A DNA stretch of 64,000 nt from Octopus bimaculoides (GCF_001194135.2 NC_068999.1:40562564-40626563); one strand, 5' to 3'. Numbered from the stretch's first letter, positions 1 through 12,709 are shown. Translations and numbers: made by a program. The notes: a model not told the origin generated them from the sequence alone.

Positions 1-53
<53 letters not shown>

Positions 54-140
54 TATATATGTACATATATATACATATATACACACACCCATACACATAC
101 ATACACACATACACAAACACACATACACACACACAAAACA

Positions 141-178
<38 letters not shown>

Positions 179-1151
179 GTGTGTGTATATATATTTCCGT
201 TTCCTTCCTAAGTAATACATTTTAATTATTGGACAGCATCGAGCCAGCTACAATTGATAATGTTTCACTAGAAATAACAAAGGAGACTCTCTTAATGATA
301 TTAATTCTCAGTCAAGTAATACGACGTCCACAACATAATCACTGATTAACAAGTAATCGCTATATGGCGCTCTTCTATACGTATCCCGAAGGACCTTAAC
401 TCGCTCGTAAACGTGATATAGTGATGGATTTTCTAATTGGGAATATTCAATTTTTAGGAATACGGAAATCATTTGGAATTTAAGATATAACCTTCAGGGA
501 CAAATCTGCGGAGTGATTCATGAAGAATTTCGTTCTGTTTGACGTCAATACGTAAATGTATGTACATTAATAAAGTAATTATACATGCACACGCTACACG
601 GAGATAGCAGATATATACGTGTGTGTGTGCGTGCACCATGCATGCGTGCGTGTGTGCGTGTGTGCGTGAGTATGTGTATCTGTGCTTGCGAATGTGTGTG
701 TGCGTGTGGTTATGTGTGCTTGCGTATAAGTTTGTCTGTCTGCGTGTGTGAGTGCGAGTCCTCAACAGTGTGTGCACGTCCTTGTCTCTGTGTTTGCTTA
801 TGTCGAAGCATTTAGGGATAATAATACGATAAATATTAATATACACAGGAACGATGCCGCTTTGTATGCATCTAGGTGACAGTATATCTAAACAATAGAA
901 AAGAGGATTGTGTCAGTCTAAGACTATATATATAATACATCTTTTTTGTAAATTATCACTATATATATATATATATATACATAGAGAGAATGAGGGGTGA
1001 GATACGTACAAATATACACATATCTATATACATGCACATACACATCCAAACATACGTACATATATATATATATATATATATATANNNNNNNNNNNNNNNN
1101 NNNNNNNNNNNNNNNNNNNNNNNNNNNNNTGTGTATATATAGTTGATATTT

Positions 1152-1272
1152 ACAAGAAAACAAAAGACAGGTGTATAAACAACAAACAAATGTATTATTT
1201 TGACCCTTGGGAAAATGAGAAAGTGTTTTACGTTTCCATCCTACGCTCTTGAACAGAAAGGAACACGAGAAA
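1152..1272 (-). mobile_element. PLE pseudo-LTR-like repeat (family H1) with a degenerate hammerhead motif
   Basis: Minus strand reads CTTT-CTGTTCA-A-GAGC-GTAG-GATG-GAAACGTA-AAACAC. The ~120 bp of flank is homologous to the copies at 5.5, 23.1 and 28.4 kb. Confidence 0.6.
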
Positions 1273-1595
1273 AATATGTACGGACACAAACGCACACACA
1301 CAGACATTGAAAACAGCTAACAAAGAATGAAGAATCTGGAGAAGATATGATGGCATACGTTAGCCCTTTCTTTGGAAGACCAAATTATCAGATAATGAAT
1401 TCATTTACATAACCATAATGAATTATTTTGCGTCTGCACGTAACTCTTTTCTTGCAAACTGAAATAGAACGCTCTTCCTTTAATTCGCAATTGTTTCTGA
1501 CCTAAGAGCGACGCTTGAAATTTTGTAGGAGCATGTTAATCGATAAGAGTGACAGTACTCCTCTAGTAGTATTTAATTTATTAAATATTCTAACC

Positions 1596-1775
1596 TTATG
1601 ACCTTAATAATGATGGACTCCAACTTGGCTGTTCAATATTGATGAAGATGGTGGCCATTTCTAACCACCTTCTCTCCTTATAATATAAACCTACTTTACG
1701 AGCTGTAAATTTCCTAGCAAAATCTTTATCTCCATTGCACTTGAGATCAGACATCAATAACAAATAAGAGGCACC
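1596..1775 (-). pseudogene. Possible C-terminal remnant of a PLE GIY-YIG endonuclease ORF
   Basis: 60-codon open frame ending DFARKFTARKVGLYYKERRWLEMATIFINIEQPSWSPSLLRS*. It weakly resembles PLE C-termini (DF...Y.KR..LE...I...W.P.L) and lies ~320 bp upstream of the H1 motif on the same strand. Confidence 0.3.
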
Positions 1776-1830
1776 AATAAAATCATGGAAAAATCATAAA
1801 GATAAACTAAAAACAAACAAAAATATAATA

Positions 1831-2097
1831 CCATCGTCTTCTCAAAGCAGATGAATTTACTCTCTTTATATATTTAGAATTGAGAATTCCCAGTTGAAAA
1901 ACTTACTCATAAAACTTAGATGAATTCATTAGCGATTTGAAAAATGAATGTCGGACTGGATAAATACGCCTCGAGTTATTCTCAGAACAGGTATATGAAT
2001 TAAAACTAGAAAAAGAAAGCGTTATATATTTAGATAGTTCAATCAGAGAATTAGAACAGAGACATCCTTAGAAATGTACTTTAGAGTTGATGGAAGG
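1831..2097 (+). mobile_element. Highly decayed R4/Dong-like non-LTR reverse transcriptase fragment
   Basis: Frameshifted peptides HRLLKADEFTLF, FISDLK/MNVGLDKYA, IRELEQ and YFRVDG follow the order of HLLYMDDLKLF...FS.DI.M.FGLDKCA...IRELE...YKYLGVDE. Confidence 0.5.
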
Positions 2098-2200
2098 AAT
2101 AAAATAATAATACAGGTAGACGTGGGGTTGAGAAAGAATAGAAAATCTAGGATAAATATTTAAAATCACTCAACTAATTCTGACAAACATCGTCGAATAT

Positions 2201-2201
<1 letters not shown>

Positions 2202-2274
<73 letters not shown>

Positions 2275-2280
2275 ATAGTA
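2202..2280. repeat. (AGT)n microsatellite
   Basis: Seen directly. Confidence 0.98.
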
Positions 2281-2483
2281 CGTTATTTGCCTTTCAACGT
2301 TTATACATTCCTAAATAAAGAGCAAATGAGGTAGAGAAACATGATGAATTGTATTTGCAGCAGAAAAAAAAAAAACAGGTTTATTTTAGATCGAGGGAAG
2401 AAGCAGAGATGAGCGAATATGAAAAAAGTATACACAGAATAAAAAGCAAATTATGTTAAAACAGAATATACAGGATATACAGA

Positions 2484-2623
2484 CGCAAGCGTGGCTGTGT
2501 GGCAAGACGCTTGCTTCCCAACCATAGGTTTCTAGGTTCAGTCCCACAGCGTGACACCTTGGGCGGGTGACTTCTTTTATAACCTCTGGCCTTGTAAGTG
2601 TATCTGTTTGACGAAACTGGAAG
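2484..2623 (+). mobile_element. tRNA-derived SINE, family S2 (head part)
   Basis: GTGGCTGTGTGGCAAG (A-box-like) and AGGTTCAGTCCC (B-box-like). Homologous to the copies at 30.4, 38.3 and 40.2 kb. Confidence 0.8.
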
Positions 2624-2651
2624 TTATTATTATTGTTATCATTATCATTGA

Positions 2652-2805
2652 GACGGCGAGTTGGCAGAATCGTTAGCACACCAGCCAAAATGCGGAGAGG
2701 TATTTCGTCTGCCGCTACGTTCGGAGTTCAAATCCCGCTGAGGTCGACTTTGCCTTTGATCGTTTCGGGGTCGATATAATCGACTTAACCGCTTCCCCCC
2801 AAAAA
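2652..2805 (+). mobile_element. tRNA-derived SINE, family S1
   Basis: TGGCAGAATCG A-box and GGAGTTCAAATCCC B-box (2723-2736), followed by the GTCGACTTTGCCTTT core shared with other copies. Confidence 0.85.
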
Positions 2806-2894
2806 ATAAGACCATTACTACTATTGTCGTTGTTGTTTTATTTGTTGTTATTGATGCTGCTGCTGTAGACAAGATTCTTAACAATAATTCATCC

Positions 2895-3045
2895 CCTTTA
2901 CGTTCCAGTTCTGTAGAGTTCCACTTTGCCTTTCATCTTTCCAGAAGCGTTAAAATAGATACCAGTGGAGATGTCGGTGCAATGTAACTAATTTGTCCCC
3001 AGCTCCAACATTTGCGCTCTCGTACCTGTAGTAGAAAGAATTATC
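2895..3045 (+). mobile_element. Degenerate 5'-truncated S1 SINE
   Basis: Contains TTACGTTC...ACTTTGCCTTTCATCTTT...ACCAGTG, similar to the S1 core. Confidence 0.6.
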
Positions 3046-3517
3046 ATAACAGGTAATATAGTTGATAAAAATAATTTCAGAGAAAATGAATAAGTGACTA
3101 ACAAACAACTTGAACAGCACTGAAAGCAAGTTATTAATAAGTACGCCTCTGTGTGTGCGCGTGTATGTGTGTGATTGTATATGTGTGTGTGCGTTTGTGT
3201 GCGTGCGTGAGTACATAATGGACATGTATGTGGTTGCCGTTGTGCTCAGTGTTCGTGATGTTTTATAAATTGCCAATGATCTATAATAAAGCAATTTGAT
3301 TTTCAAACCGTTATTTAATTAACTCCAAAATACTTTTGGCAGAAGAAAGAAAGACTAAAAATTAAAGGTTAAAACACTCATATGGGATTGAGACTATATC
3401 AGAGAATCTAATTACTATCACTTATTTTTTCTTCATCTTCAAAGAAAATCTGGCAGCCCTACATTCACCTACCGTGGGAGATCTATAAGCACCTGCAATT
3501 CAGTTTTTCAAAAGGAA

Positions 3518-3548
<31 letters not shown>

Positions 3549-3680
3549 NNNNNNNNNNNNNNNNNNNNNNNNNNNNNNNNNNNNNNNNNNNNNNNNNNNN
3601 NNNNNNNNNNNNNNNNNNNNNNNNNNNNNNNNNNNNNNNNNNNNNNNNNNNNNNNNNNNNNNNNNNNNNNNNNNNNNNNT

Positions 3681-3721
<41 letters not shown>

Positions 3722-4339
3722 TGTATGTGTGTGTGTGTGTGCGTGCGTGTGGGTGTATAATATAGAAATATAAATAATCTTCCTGACACTTGTAGCGATT
3801 CTTTCTCGTAGGAATTATATATCAGAGGAAGATTATAGGTTAATATGTCATTTACTTGAGGAATTCTGAAGCAGACAAATATCAGAAGTTATCCCTTGAA
3901 AAATGAGTGAAATAGTTGCTCTCATTCACTAACAGTTCCTTTATAGAAGGAATTAGTTTGTTTCTGTAGATTTCTCGATAATATTTTTTTACCAAGAATC
4001 TGGTCATATTCAAATTGGTTAAGATATCTTCGTTTCGTTAAAAATGGCACTCTGTCCGTCTTGTTTTCAATTTATACATATCTGGCTCTCCATCCCTCAT
4101 GAGGAACCATAATCAGAGCGAAAGCACATATGTTAATATAGAAATTGAGTTAAAAGTATTTATGTTCATGTGATAAATGTAATGAAATATTTACGTGTTA
4201 ACTGGATTAAATAAAATATATTTTGCACATTACAGCTTAAGTTTATGACCTCTGCATGCATGGAATAACATATTTTCTGGGAATTTTTTACTTCTTCCTT
4301 TTTTCCAAAACCCAGCATACCATGTAGACAATTCCGCTT

Positions 4340-4542
4340 CTAAATATAAGTATTTCTGTTGGGCCTATATTTCATATTTAATACAAAAGGTACATTATTT
4401 ACATTATTTACATTTGACGGATATCTGTTCTCATCTTGTTTGTTGTTAACACAACGTTTCGGCTGATATTCCCTCCAGCGTTCATCAGGTGTCTTGGGGA
4501 AATTTCGAACCTGGGTTCTCATTCCTAAGGTATTTTTCGATG

Positions 4543-4606
<64 letters not shown>

Positions 4607-4690
4607 CATTATTATTATTCAGGTCACTGCTTGGAATCGTACTCAGAATCTTGGGGTTAGTAGCCCGCGCTTACACAGTTAAAGGCTCAT
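4340..4690 (-). mobile_element. Composite repeat: partial tRNA-like head, (AAT)n spacer, hammerhead-bearing tail (family H2)
   Basis: Minus strand: anticodon-arm-like GCGGG-CTACTAA-CCC (4654-4668), B-box-like GAGTACGATTCC (4633-4644), (AAT)n at 4546-4618, then the hammerhead motif. The tail is homologous to 31873-32050. Confidence 0.75.
4448..4493 (-). ncRNA. Minimal type I hammerhead ribozyme motif (H2)
   Basis: GACAC-CTGATGA-A-CGCTG-(10 nt)-CAGCC-GAAA-CG-TT-GTGTT. Helix I is GACAC/GTGTT, the core is canonical and loop 3 is the palindrome ACGT. The pair at the base of helix II is a C-C mismatch. Confidence 0.7.
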
Positions 4691-5460
4691 GCGCACAAGC
4701 ACAGAGAAACAGACAGAGATTGACAAGTAGACCAATAGACAGACAGACAGATAGATAAGCATATTGTATTACCTAGAGTAATATAATATAAATACCGCGA
4801 CATCTGAAGTTTTATTTTCCTCTTTGTCGTTATAGCGATACGCAATGTCATATGCTATACGTTATCGTAAAATCCTCAATTATTATAACCTATCTTTATG
4901 ATACTTTCACATTCTTTAATTTATAGTTTAATTAAACCTGACGTTATATATGAGCGTTTAAGTGTCTTCTCGACTTAGAAATTGTGTAAAGAACTACTGC
5001 AGCCATCTTGGATATAAAATCAAATAAACTGTTGGAGAATTTAAGAGAAACAAAACGTATTTAGAATTTACAAATGAAGGAAGAAGGAAACAAATTATCT
5101 GAGGTTACAAAATCGTTTTCTATATTAGAACACATAAACAATTGTATATGAAACAAGAGAATAGATGACGAGTATGTAAAAGCTAGAAAACAACACGCTA
5201 TACAAGAAAATTATCTCTGGGACAGTTGAAACCCAGATATTTCGAGATGTGCAGTGAAATACATTACATGGCGAATAAATGTTAATTGAATATATAGAGA
5301 CAGAGTACATTATATAAAACATTGCTGAAATAAAACCGTCCATGAGATTTACTATTAGATACAAAGTGAGCAGATGGCAATGGTGGCTTCATTGACAAAT
5401 ATTCAACACAAATAGTGAATTCCGTTGAAAATTCTATGGGTAGAAATCTGTCTGCCACTA

Positions 5461-5605
5461 ATTCAACAGACGAAGGCAGGTGGTGTAGAAAACAAACAGA
5501 TGTATTAGTATAACGCTCGGGAATTGAAAAAGTCTTTAACGTTTCCAGCCTACGCTCTTCCACAGAAGGGAACACAGAAAGAAACAAGGAGGGAAACAAG
5601 GAGAG
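5461..5605 (-). mobile_element. H1 pseudo-LTR-like repeat with hammerhead motif
   Basis: Minus strand CCCTT-CTGTGGA-A-GAGC-GTAG-GCTG-GAAACGTT-AAAGAC (5533-5570). Flanks match the other H1 copies. Confidence 0.7.
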
Positions 5606-5689
5606 AAAAAATGTTTGTAGTGGAGAACTACTAGATTACATGAACCGATATATTGTGACTTACATATAATAAGAAGCAAAGATATTATT

Positions 5690-5765
5690 TTATTACCTGT
5701 GGAATAATACCAATGTTTTCTTCGAAACATATGTCGGAAGTATAAAGATTTGAATAACATCTTCG
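5690..5765 (+). mobile_element. PLE-terminus-like repeat (family H3) with a partial hammerhead-like motif
   Basis: CTGTGGA...TCTTC-GAAA-CATATG-TC-GGAAG. Clearly homologous, in opposite orientation, to 54890-54962: the antisense ORFs begin MLFKSLYFRHMFRRKHWYYS and MLLKLFYFRHMFRRYHWYYS. Confidence 0.55.
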
Positions 5766-6166
5766 TTTCATTCCATTTCTTTTAGTGGGTTGTACCCCCA
5801 ACCCCTAACTCTCTCACGTTATATANNNNNNNNNNNNNNNNNNNNNNNNNNNNNNNNNNNNNNNNNNNNNNNNNNNNNNNNNNNNNNNNNNNNNNNNNNN
5901 NNNNNNNNNNNNNNNNNNNNNNNNNNNNNNNNNNNNNNNNNNNNNNNNNNNNNNNNNNNNNNNNNNNNNNNNNNNNNNNNNNNNNNNNNNNNNNNNNNNN
6001 NNNNNNNNNNNNNNNNNNNNNNNNNNNNNNNNNNNNNNNNNNNNNNNNNNNNNNNNNNNNNNNNNNNNNNNNNNNNNNNNNNNNNNNNNNNNNNNNNNNN
6101 NNNNNNNNNNNNNNNNNNNNNNNNNNNNNNNNNNNNNNNNNNNNNNNNNNNNNNNNNNNNNNNNNN

Positions 6167-6221
<55 letters not shown>

Positions 6222-6310
6222 CGTAGGTAGGTAGGTAGGTTGGTAGGTAGGTAGGTAGGTAGGTAGGTAGGTAGGTAGGTAGGTAGGTAAATAGATACGT
6301 AGACAGACAG
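6167..6310. repeat. Compound (GATA)n/(GGTA)n tetranucleotide repeat
   Basis: Seen directly, next to a gap. Confidence 0.95.
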
Positions 6311-6776
6311 ATAGGCCATGATATACGCGTGTATTGCAGTATGTGTTAATGTTTGAAGTATTTGTCGATGTCTGTTTCTTTCAATCCGTGATTCTGCATA
6401 TGTGTGTACGTTTCTGTGCGTGTCTCTGTCTATGTTTGTGTGCGGATGTGCGTATGCTCTTGTGCGTATGTGTCCACATATCTGTGTGTGTGTATATATG
6501 TGGGTGTATGTGTGTGTATTTAGACAATCACACAAGCAGTGTCAGGTTGCAATGAACCGTAAATGCAACAGAGGGGTTATTCCTCATTTCATCCTCTCTA
6601 CTTAATAATAATGCCGGCCTTTGTGATTTCCTGACGTCGACAATGGCTTGGAGAGAGAGAGAGAGATGACCAATAACCCGATATAGGTTACTGGTCATTT
6701 ATATACCATATGAACTCTCTCATTCAACATCTTTCCATTTCTTTCCTTCGACACCTGCCTGTCTCTTCCACCTCCA

Positions 6777-6825
<49 letters not shown>

Positions 6826-7245
6826 ATCTCTCTCTCTTTATCTCTCTCTCTATTTCTCTCTGTTCATTTGATATATGTTTATGTGTGTGTGAGTGCGTAC
6901 TTGTAAGTGTGTACTCGCATGAATGCAGGACAGAAATAAAGAAAGGAAAGGAAGAAAGAAAGAAAGAGAAAAGGGAATGCGTATGTGTGTTTGAGTTAAG
7001 AGACAATCAGATGCTGACAACGTAATAATATCCCTGCTACCATTAGAGACTCTCTCATCCTCTCACATTGTACGTCTTTATGTCTATGCTTGCATACATG
7101 AGTACATAAATACGTACGTGCGTGCGTGTGTGAGTGCGTATGTGTGTGAGTGCGTGTGTGCATAAATGCACATAGAAAGAATACTTATAAAAGTTTTGTA
7201 GAATCCAGGCGCACCAACACATACAACGCCAGTATTGGCTAGGTG

Positions 7246-7285
<40 letters not shown>

Positions 7286-9039
7286 TGCAAAACGAACTGA
7301 GATATATCATGTGTATGTTATTTCCACCGCCGGTGACGTTCTGCACCCATATATTTGCAAATTTTACCAAAATTCTCTGAAGTTGCTTCATAAACACTGT
7401 TAATAAAAATACCCGAAGAGATTGATGTAAACTATCTGTGGGCTACGTTGACCTAGATGAAGTTCGAAATGCTCTTTGATTTGAAGGATTCATATGACTC
7501 TCAATTTAGATTCAAAATATTATTTTAAAGTGCGCCCGATTGTCATCTTAATTCGCTATTCATTATGATAACCTCGTCATCCACCTCCAGACGTACTTTA
7601 ATACCTACAAAACACTTTCTATTTAATTCAGTGAATTCATAGGTTTGTGCTCTATTATTCAGACCCAGCAAATAGTATTTGTCTTAAAAGGGTAGCTCGC
7701 TTGGTTTGCCTGTTAAAACATATGTGAAAATCATGTGCAATCTTCGTATTATTTTAACTGATATGAAAATCTAGAGATTGCCGTGGATCTGTTTACTTTA
7801 AAGCCTTTTCTTGCATTGACCAGTTAGTATTTTTAAAAGTATGTGGAACTAGATTAGATATTGCACATTTGTTTTCTGTAAATACAGAAGAATATAGTTG
7901 GAGAGGAAGTGTGCTGCCTCCTGATACCGGATGTGTATCGTTGATGTAAAGAGAGTTTTACGTTACAAACGACTTTCACGAAATATTTTAATAATACTAT
8001 GTACCTAAATATATGAAATTGTAAATCAAACGAATATGAAGAATTTATTTAAGATGAAATTGTTATATTTCCAAATATTATTAATCGTACTTCAAAATTA
8101 ATATTTATTGTCGATTAAATATCTGTTGGGTGTTAAAGTGCATTTAATAAATCTTTCTCTTGCCATCAATATTTCTCGGTTTTCTCTATATAAATTTCAT
8201 AAATCGATCTACAGAACTGCTAGAGCGACGGACAATGTATCTCTACCACAGAGGTCAACTTTGTCTTTCTTTCTTTCAGGGTCGATAAAAACGTCCTAAT
8301 TGAAGACGGAAGATTAACGGAACTGTATGAGAAGCTGAATTTGAGAAAAGACACGCTCTCTCTCCATTTCGTAACAAGTACGAGTGTCACTGGAGACAGA
8401 TTTGTTGTTATTTTCCAACAGGTTGGGAGATCAAATAGTCGCTTTTCCATATTCTTGAAGAAAACGTTGTCGAAGACCCTGGCGTTCTTGAAGGTGGTAA
8501 TTATGGTAAATTTGCTCGAAGCGTTGTCTATCTTAAGATTGGCGTAAACCGTTGAGCGGCAAACAATTACATTCTCAGTTCAAGACATACCGTTGATTAT
8601 TTACTCTTTTACAGCAGAAAGCATACACATCCATTCAAAACTGCATAACCCTTAACTGCCCAAAGCAGTTTTATATACCAATTTATCTTTTATTGAGGAA
8701 TGTCATGTTTGAAACTATTTTCTGTTTAGAAGTGACAAGCTTATTCAGGCAACGGGACTTGCAGAAAATACCATTTTCTTTTTTATCTTTGTTTTCTTTT
8801 CTGTTTTTTTCTTCTCTTCTTTTCTTTTGTTGATATTTGACATCATTATTTGAATAACCATGAAATTAAATTTCGCAGAAAAATGGTGAATTGAGCGAAC
8901 TTTAGACAAAAATGTCTGCTTTGTGTCTTTGATGGACATTACGGTTAAATAATAACGGATTGGCAGACTTGTTTGATGGTATAACAAATATTTTGTTTAT
9001 TTAGTTACGTCCCTTAAAGTTCTCAACTTTATATTTCTG

Positions 9040-9115
9040 CGACGCCGACTTTGCATTTCATCATTCCGAGATCGATAAAACGAAGTAACAGTGAAGTGGA
9101 GTTCAGTTGATATAA
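9040..9115 (+). mobile_element. S1 SINE fragment
   Basis: CGACTTTGCATTTCATCATTCCGAGATCGATAAA resembles the S1 core GTCGACTTTGCCTTTCATCC...GTCGATAAA. Confidence 0.5.
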
Positions 9116-9485
9116 TGAACTATTAACTAAATACACACGAATGCTGGCATTCTGCCCGTATTAAGAAATCGATGTTGCCACTAGACATCTTCCTTATAAC
9201 TGATCATGTATGTCCCATTGCGCACTGGTATGTACATGTATGTCTGCCTGTCTGTAAAGCTCTGCATGTCTGCTATCTAAGTATATGTGCATGCATATAT
9301 ATGAACACGTTTGTATGCATATATGTATAGAAACATATGTGCAAAAATGGTAAAAATGCGAAGATGCAAATGGTAAATGGACCTATGTAAATATACGTCT
9401 ACGATGGTAATGGTATGAAAGTGATAGAAGTAATGGTGATAGACGTGGTAGCGGTGCTGGTGATGATGGCGGTGATGGTAGTAGC

Positions 9486-9531
<46 letters not shown>

Positions 9532-9926
9532 TATTACTCTCAACAAATCTGTTTGTATCTACCGTCTGTTAACTGTGATTCGGTGCATTTATCTAATGAG
9601 TTGTTCCTAGAAGGTTGGCTTATATTTTTCTAGAGAGGGGATGTATTCCCCCACTTTTCTCTACTTAGGATTGAGCATGCGTGTCTTTTTTTTTTACATA
9701 AGAGTTTTCCATGTGTATGTGTTATAGTGTGCGGACGTGGTGTATGTATGAGTATGTGTGTGCGCGCGCGCGTGTGTCTGTGTGTGTGTACACTAAGTTA
9801 TATGTACAGCTTATCTAAGCCACTGCTTGCACAAGGAAAGAGCATGCATTGAAGTATGTTTATATAGATACGTACATGCATATATATATATACACACACA
9901 CATACATACACATATACATACATATT

Positions 9927-9987
<61 letters not shown>

Positions 9988-12219
9988 AGAAAAAGGAGGC
10001 AGTCAGAATTTTGAATAATTCTTTATTAGCGCTTTCGTTCGATTATCGAACTCGTCAAGACAAAATCCGTTGCTTATGAATATGATATTGTTTTCTCTTT
10101 TGCCTTATTTAGAAGCACAGAAATGTATTTTTTAAAGGAGGAAAGAGAGAAATAAAAGGAAAGAGAGGAGACAAATAGACAGAGAGAGAGATTTCAGAAC
10201 TTTCAAAAAGACAGAAAAAATCATGGGGAAAAGATACAAAGATGGAAAGACAGACAGAGAGAGAATGTGTGTTTTCTTCATTTCTCTCTTTTCTCCTTTT
10301 ATATATACACCTGAGCCCGAATAGTTGTTCCGCTGCATACCTGTCCACGGGTTTACATTTGTCACTGTAAGTGACCAAAATGTTATTCAAAGTCGCATGT
10401 CTATTCACAGATACTGAAAATATTATGAAAGAAATTACATCATCGTAATTATTGTTATTGAGGCTTGCGTGATTAGAATGTCTTTTTTTTCTCTCTCTCA
10501 GTATACCCTGTCGTATACTTGTAGAATCAACGAACAGTTTTCTAAAATTTCTCACTCTCAAGCTCCAGTATTTTATAAGATATATGACTTATATAGAACT
10601 GCTATAATAAACCGTCAGCACACTTCCCATAAGTCAGACAACATTTTAACATATATATGTATATATATTGCGTACAAGTTTCCACAAACATACACATTCG
10701 TGTGTGTGCGTGCGTATGTATCTATATATGTGTGTATATATATGTGTGATATGCATGTATGTATGTATGTATGTATGTATGTATGTATGTATGTATGTAT
10801 AGAAATGAATGTGGGGATAAGCAAGTTAGATCAATATGTAAAGTTTTACTAAATTAATACATGAAATGCAAAAAATGTGCTTATGTATGCACGCAAGAAC
10901 GTCCGACTTATCTTTGAACTTCTTTCCTATAACATCACAAATGTAAGATCTCTTCTCTGAAGACGGAGACTTGTCTCATCCTATGAAACATTATTTTGGA
11001 TTGCTGAGACCCCCCAGAAACAGCTGTTTGGCTTTAATACTTTTCTTCAACCCCTTTAATTCTCTGTATCATTTGAAATCTGTGTAAATCGCATATCTTT
11101 GTATAATAACATATAAAGATTTTTTTTTTGTATTTCATGTATTAATATAGTAAAACTTTATGTATTGATCCGTCTAACTTGCTTATCTCTGCATTTATTT
11201 CTAAACCCGCTCAAGTTTAATTCATTTGAACACTACTAACTGCATTCTATACAGAGAATATCAGATTTTCATCTATGAACTATGTATATATANNNNNNNN
11301 NNNNNNNNNNNNNNNNNNNNNNNNNNNNNNNNNNNNNNNNNNNNNNNNNNNNNNNNNNNNNNNNNNNNNNNNNNNNNNNNNNNNNNNNNNNNNNNNNNNN
11401 NNNNNNNNNNNNNNNNNNNNNNNNNNNNNNNNNNNNNNNNNNNNNNNNNNNNNNNNNNNTATATGGATATGTATATATACGCGTATTCGAATGATCACAG
11501 ACCTATGCGTTTTATTATACATACATTCTGATTTACATGCAATTAGGGAGATTAATAAGCAGATGTATGAGAAAATGAAAAAAAAAATTGAAGAAAGATA
11601 ACAGACAATCAAATACATAATTATAAATTGCTAGAAAGGTTTGTCCAATGTCATCTTTTTTTAATGTATCACAATTAAACTAGCAAACAAACAAATACAT
11701 TCTTCTGGTTTCTAATCGAAAAACTTAAAACAACCACATGCAAAATACATCATTCAAAGCTTACACTTTAAAATCATTCCTCGTTCAGTTTTATCAAATT
11801 TCTGCCACTATGACATGTCGAATCTTCTTGAATTCTATATATTCGCGATATATTTCCTTATAGGCATGACTCACCCTTCACTTTTATTGATCTCTGCTGT
11901 TCAATTTATGACCTATTACTATTTCTTAAAATATCACGAATCACGTGTCAATCGCCCAATCTCATGGCTCGCTCACTATTCTTCTCTCTATCACTATCCC
12001 TCTTTATCTCGTATTCTGTCTATTTGGGTGTGTCTGAGTAGGTATCTTTCATATATAGTAATGTATGAATATATGAAGATATGAATATATACATATATAA
12101 ATATACATATACACGCGCGCGTGTATGTATGTTGGTGAATATGAATGTCACTCCATTTTTCAGACTATCTATCTATCCATCCATCTATTTGTATCTGTAT
12201 ACGTAGATACAGATACACA

Positions 12220-12331
<112 letters not shown>

Positions 12332-12637
12332 NNNNNNNNNNNNNNNNNNNNNNNNNNNNNNNNNNNNNNNNNNNNNNNNNNNNNNNNNNNNNNNNNNNNN
12401 NNNNNNNNNNNNNNNNNNNNNNNNNNNNNNNNNNNNNNNNNNNNNNNNNNNNNNNNNNNNNNNNNNNNNNNNNNNNNNNNNNNNNNNNNNNNNNNNNNNN
12501 NNNNNNNNNNNNNNNNNNNNNNNNNNNNNNNNNNNNNNNNNNNNNNNNNNNNNNNNNNNNNNNNNNNNNNNNNNNNNNNNNNNNNNNNNNNNNNNNNNNN
12601 NNNNNNNNNNNNNNNNNNNNNNNNNNNNNNNNNNNNN

Positions 12638-12709
<72 letters not shown>

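Noticed and set aside
540-547. Perfect CRE octamers TGACGTCA (also at ~31715 and ~32478)
   Set aside because: Isolated 8-mers with no supporting context; a few are unremarkable in 64 kb.
4622-4672. A functional tRNA-Ser gene
   Set aside because: The acceptor stem and D-arm are missing and the sequence is embedded in a repeat, so it is treated as a SINE head.
8645-8950. Possible piggyBac-like MITE (TAACCCTT... left end)
   Set aside because: The matching right TIR is too degenerate to support the call.
10955-11030. CTGAAGA...GAAACAT and CTGAGA...GAAACAGCTGTT hammerhead-like strings
   Set aside because: The helix II geometry or core is incomplete and there is no convincing helix I.
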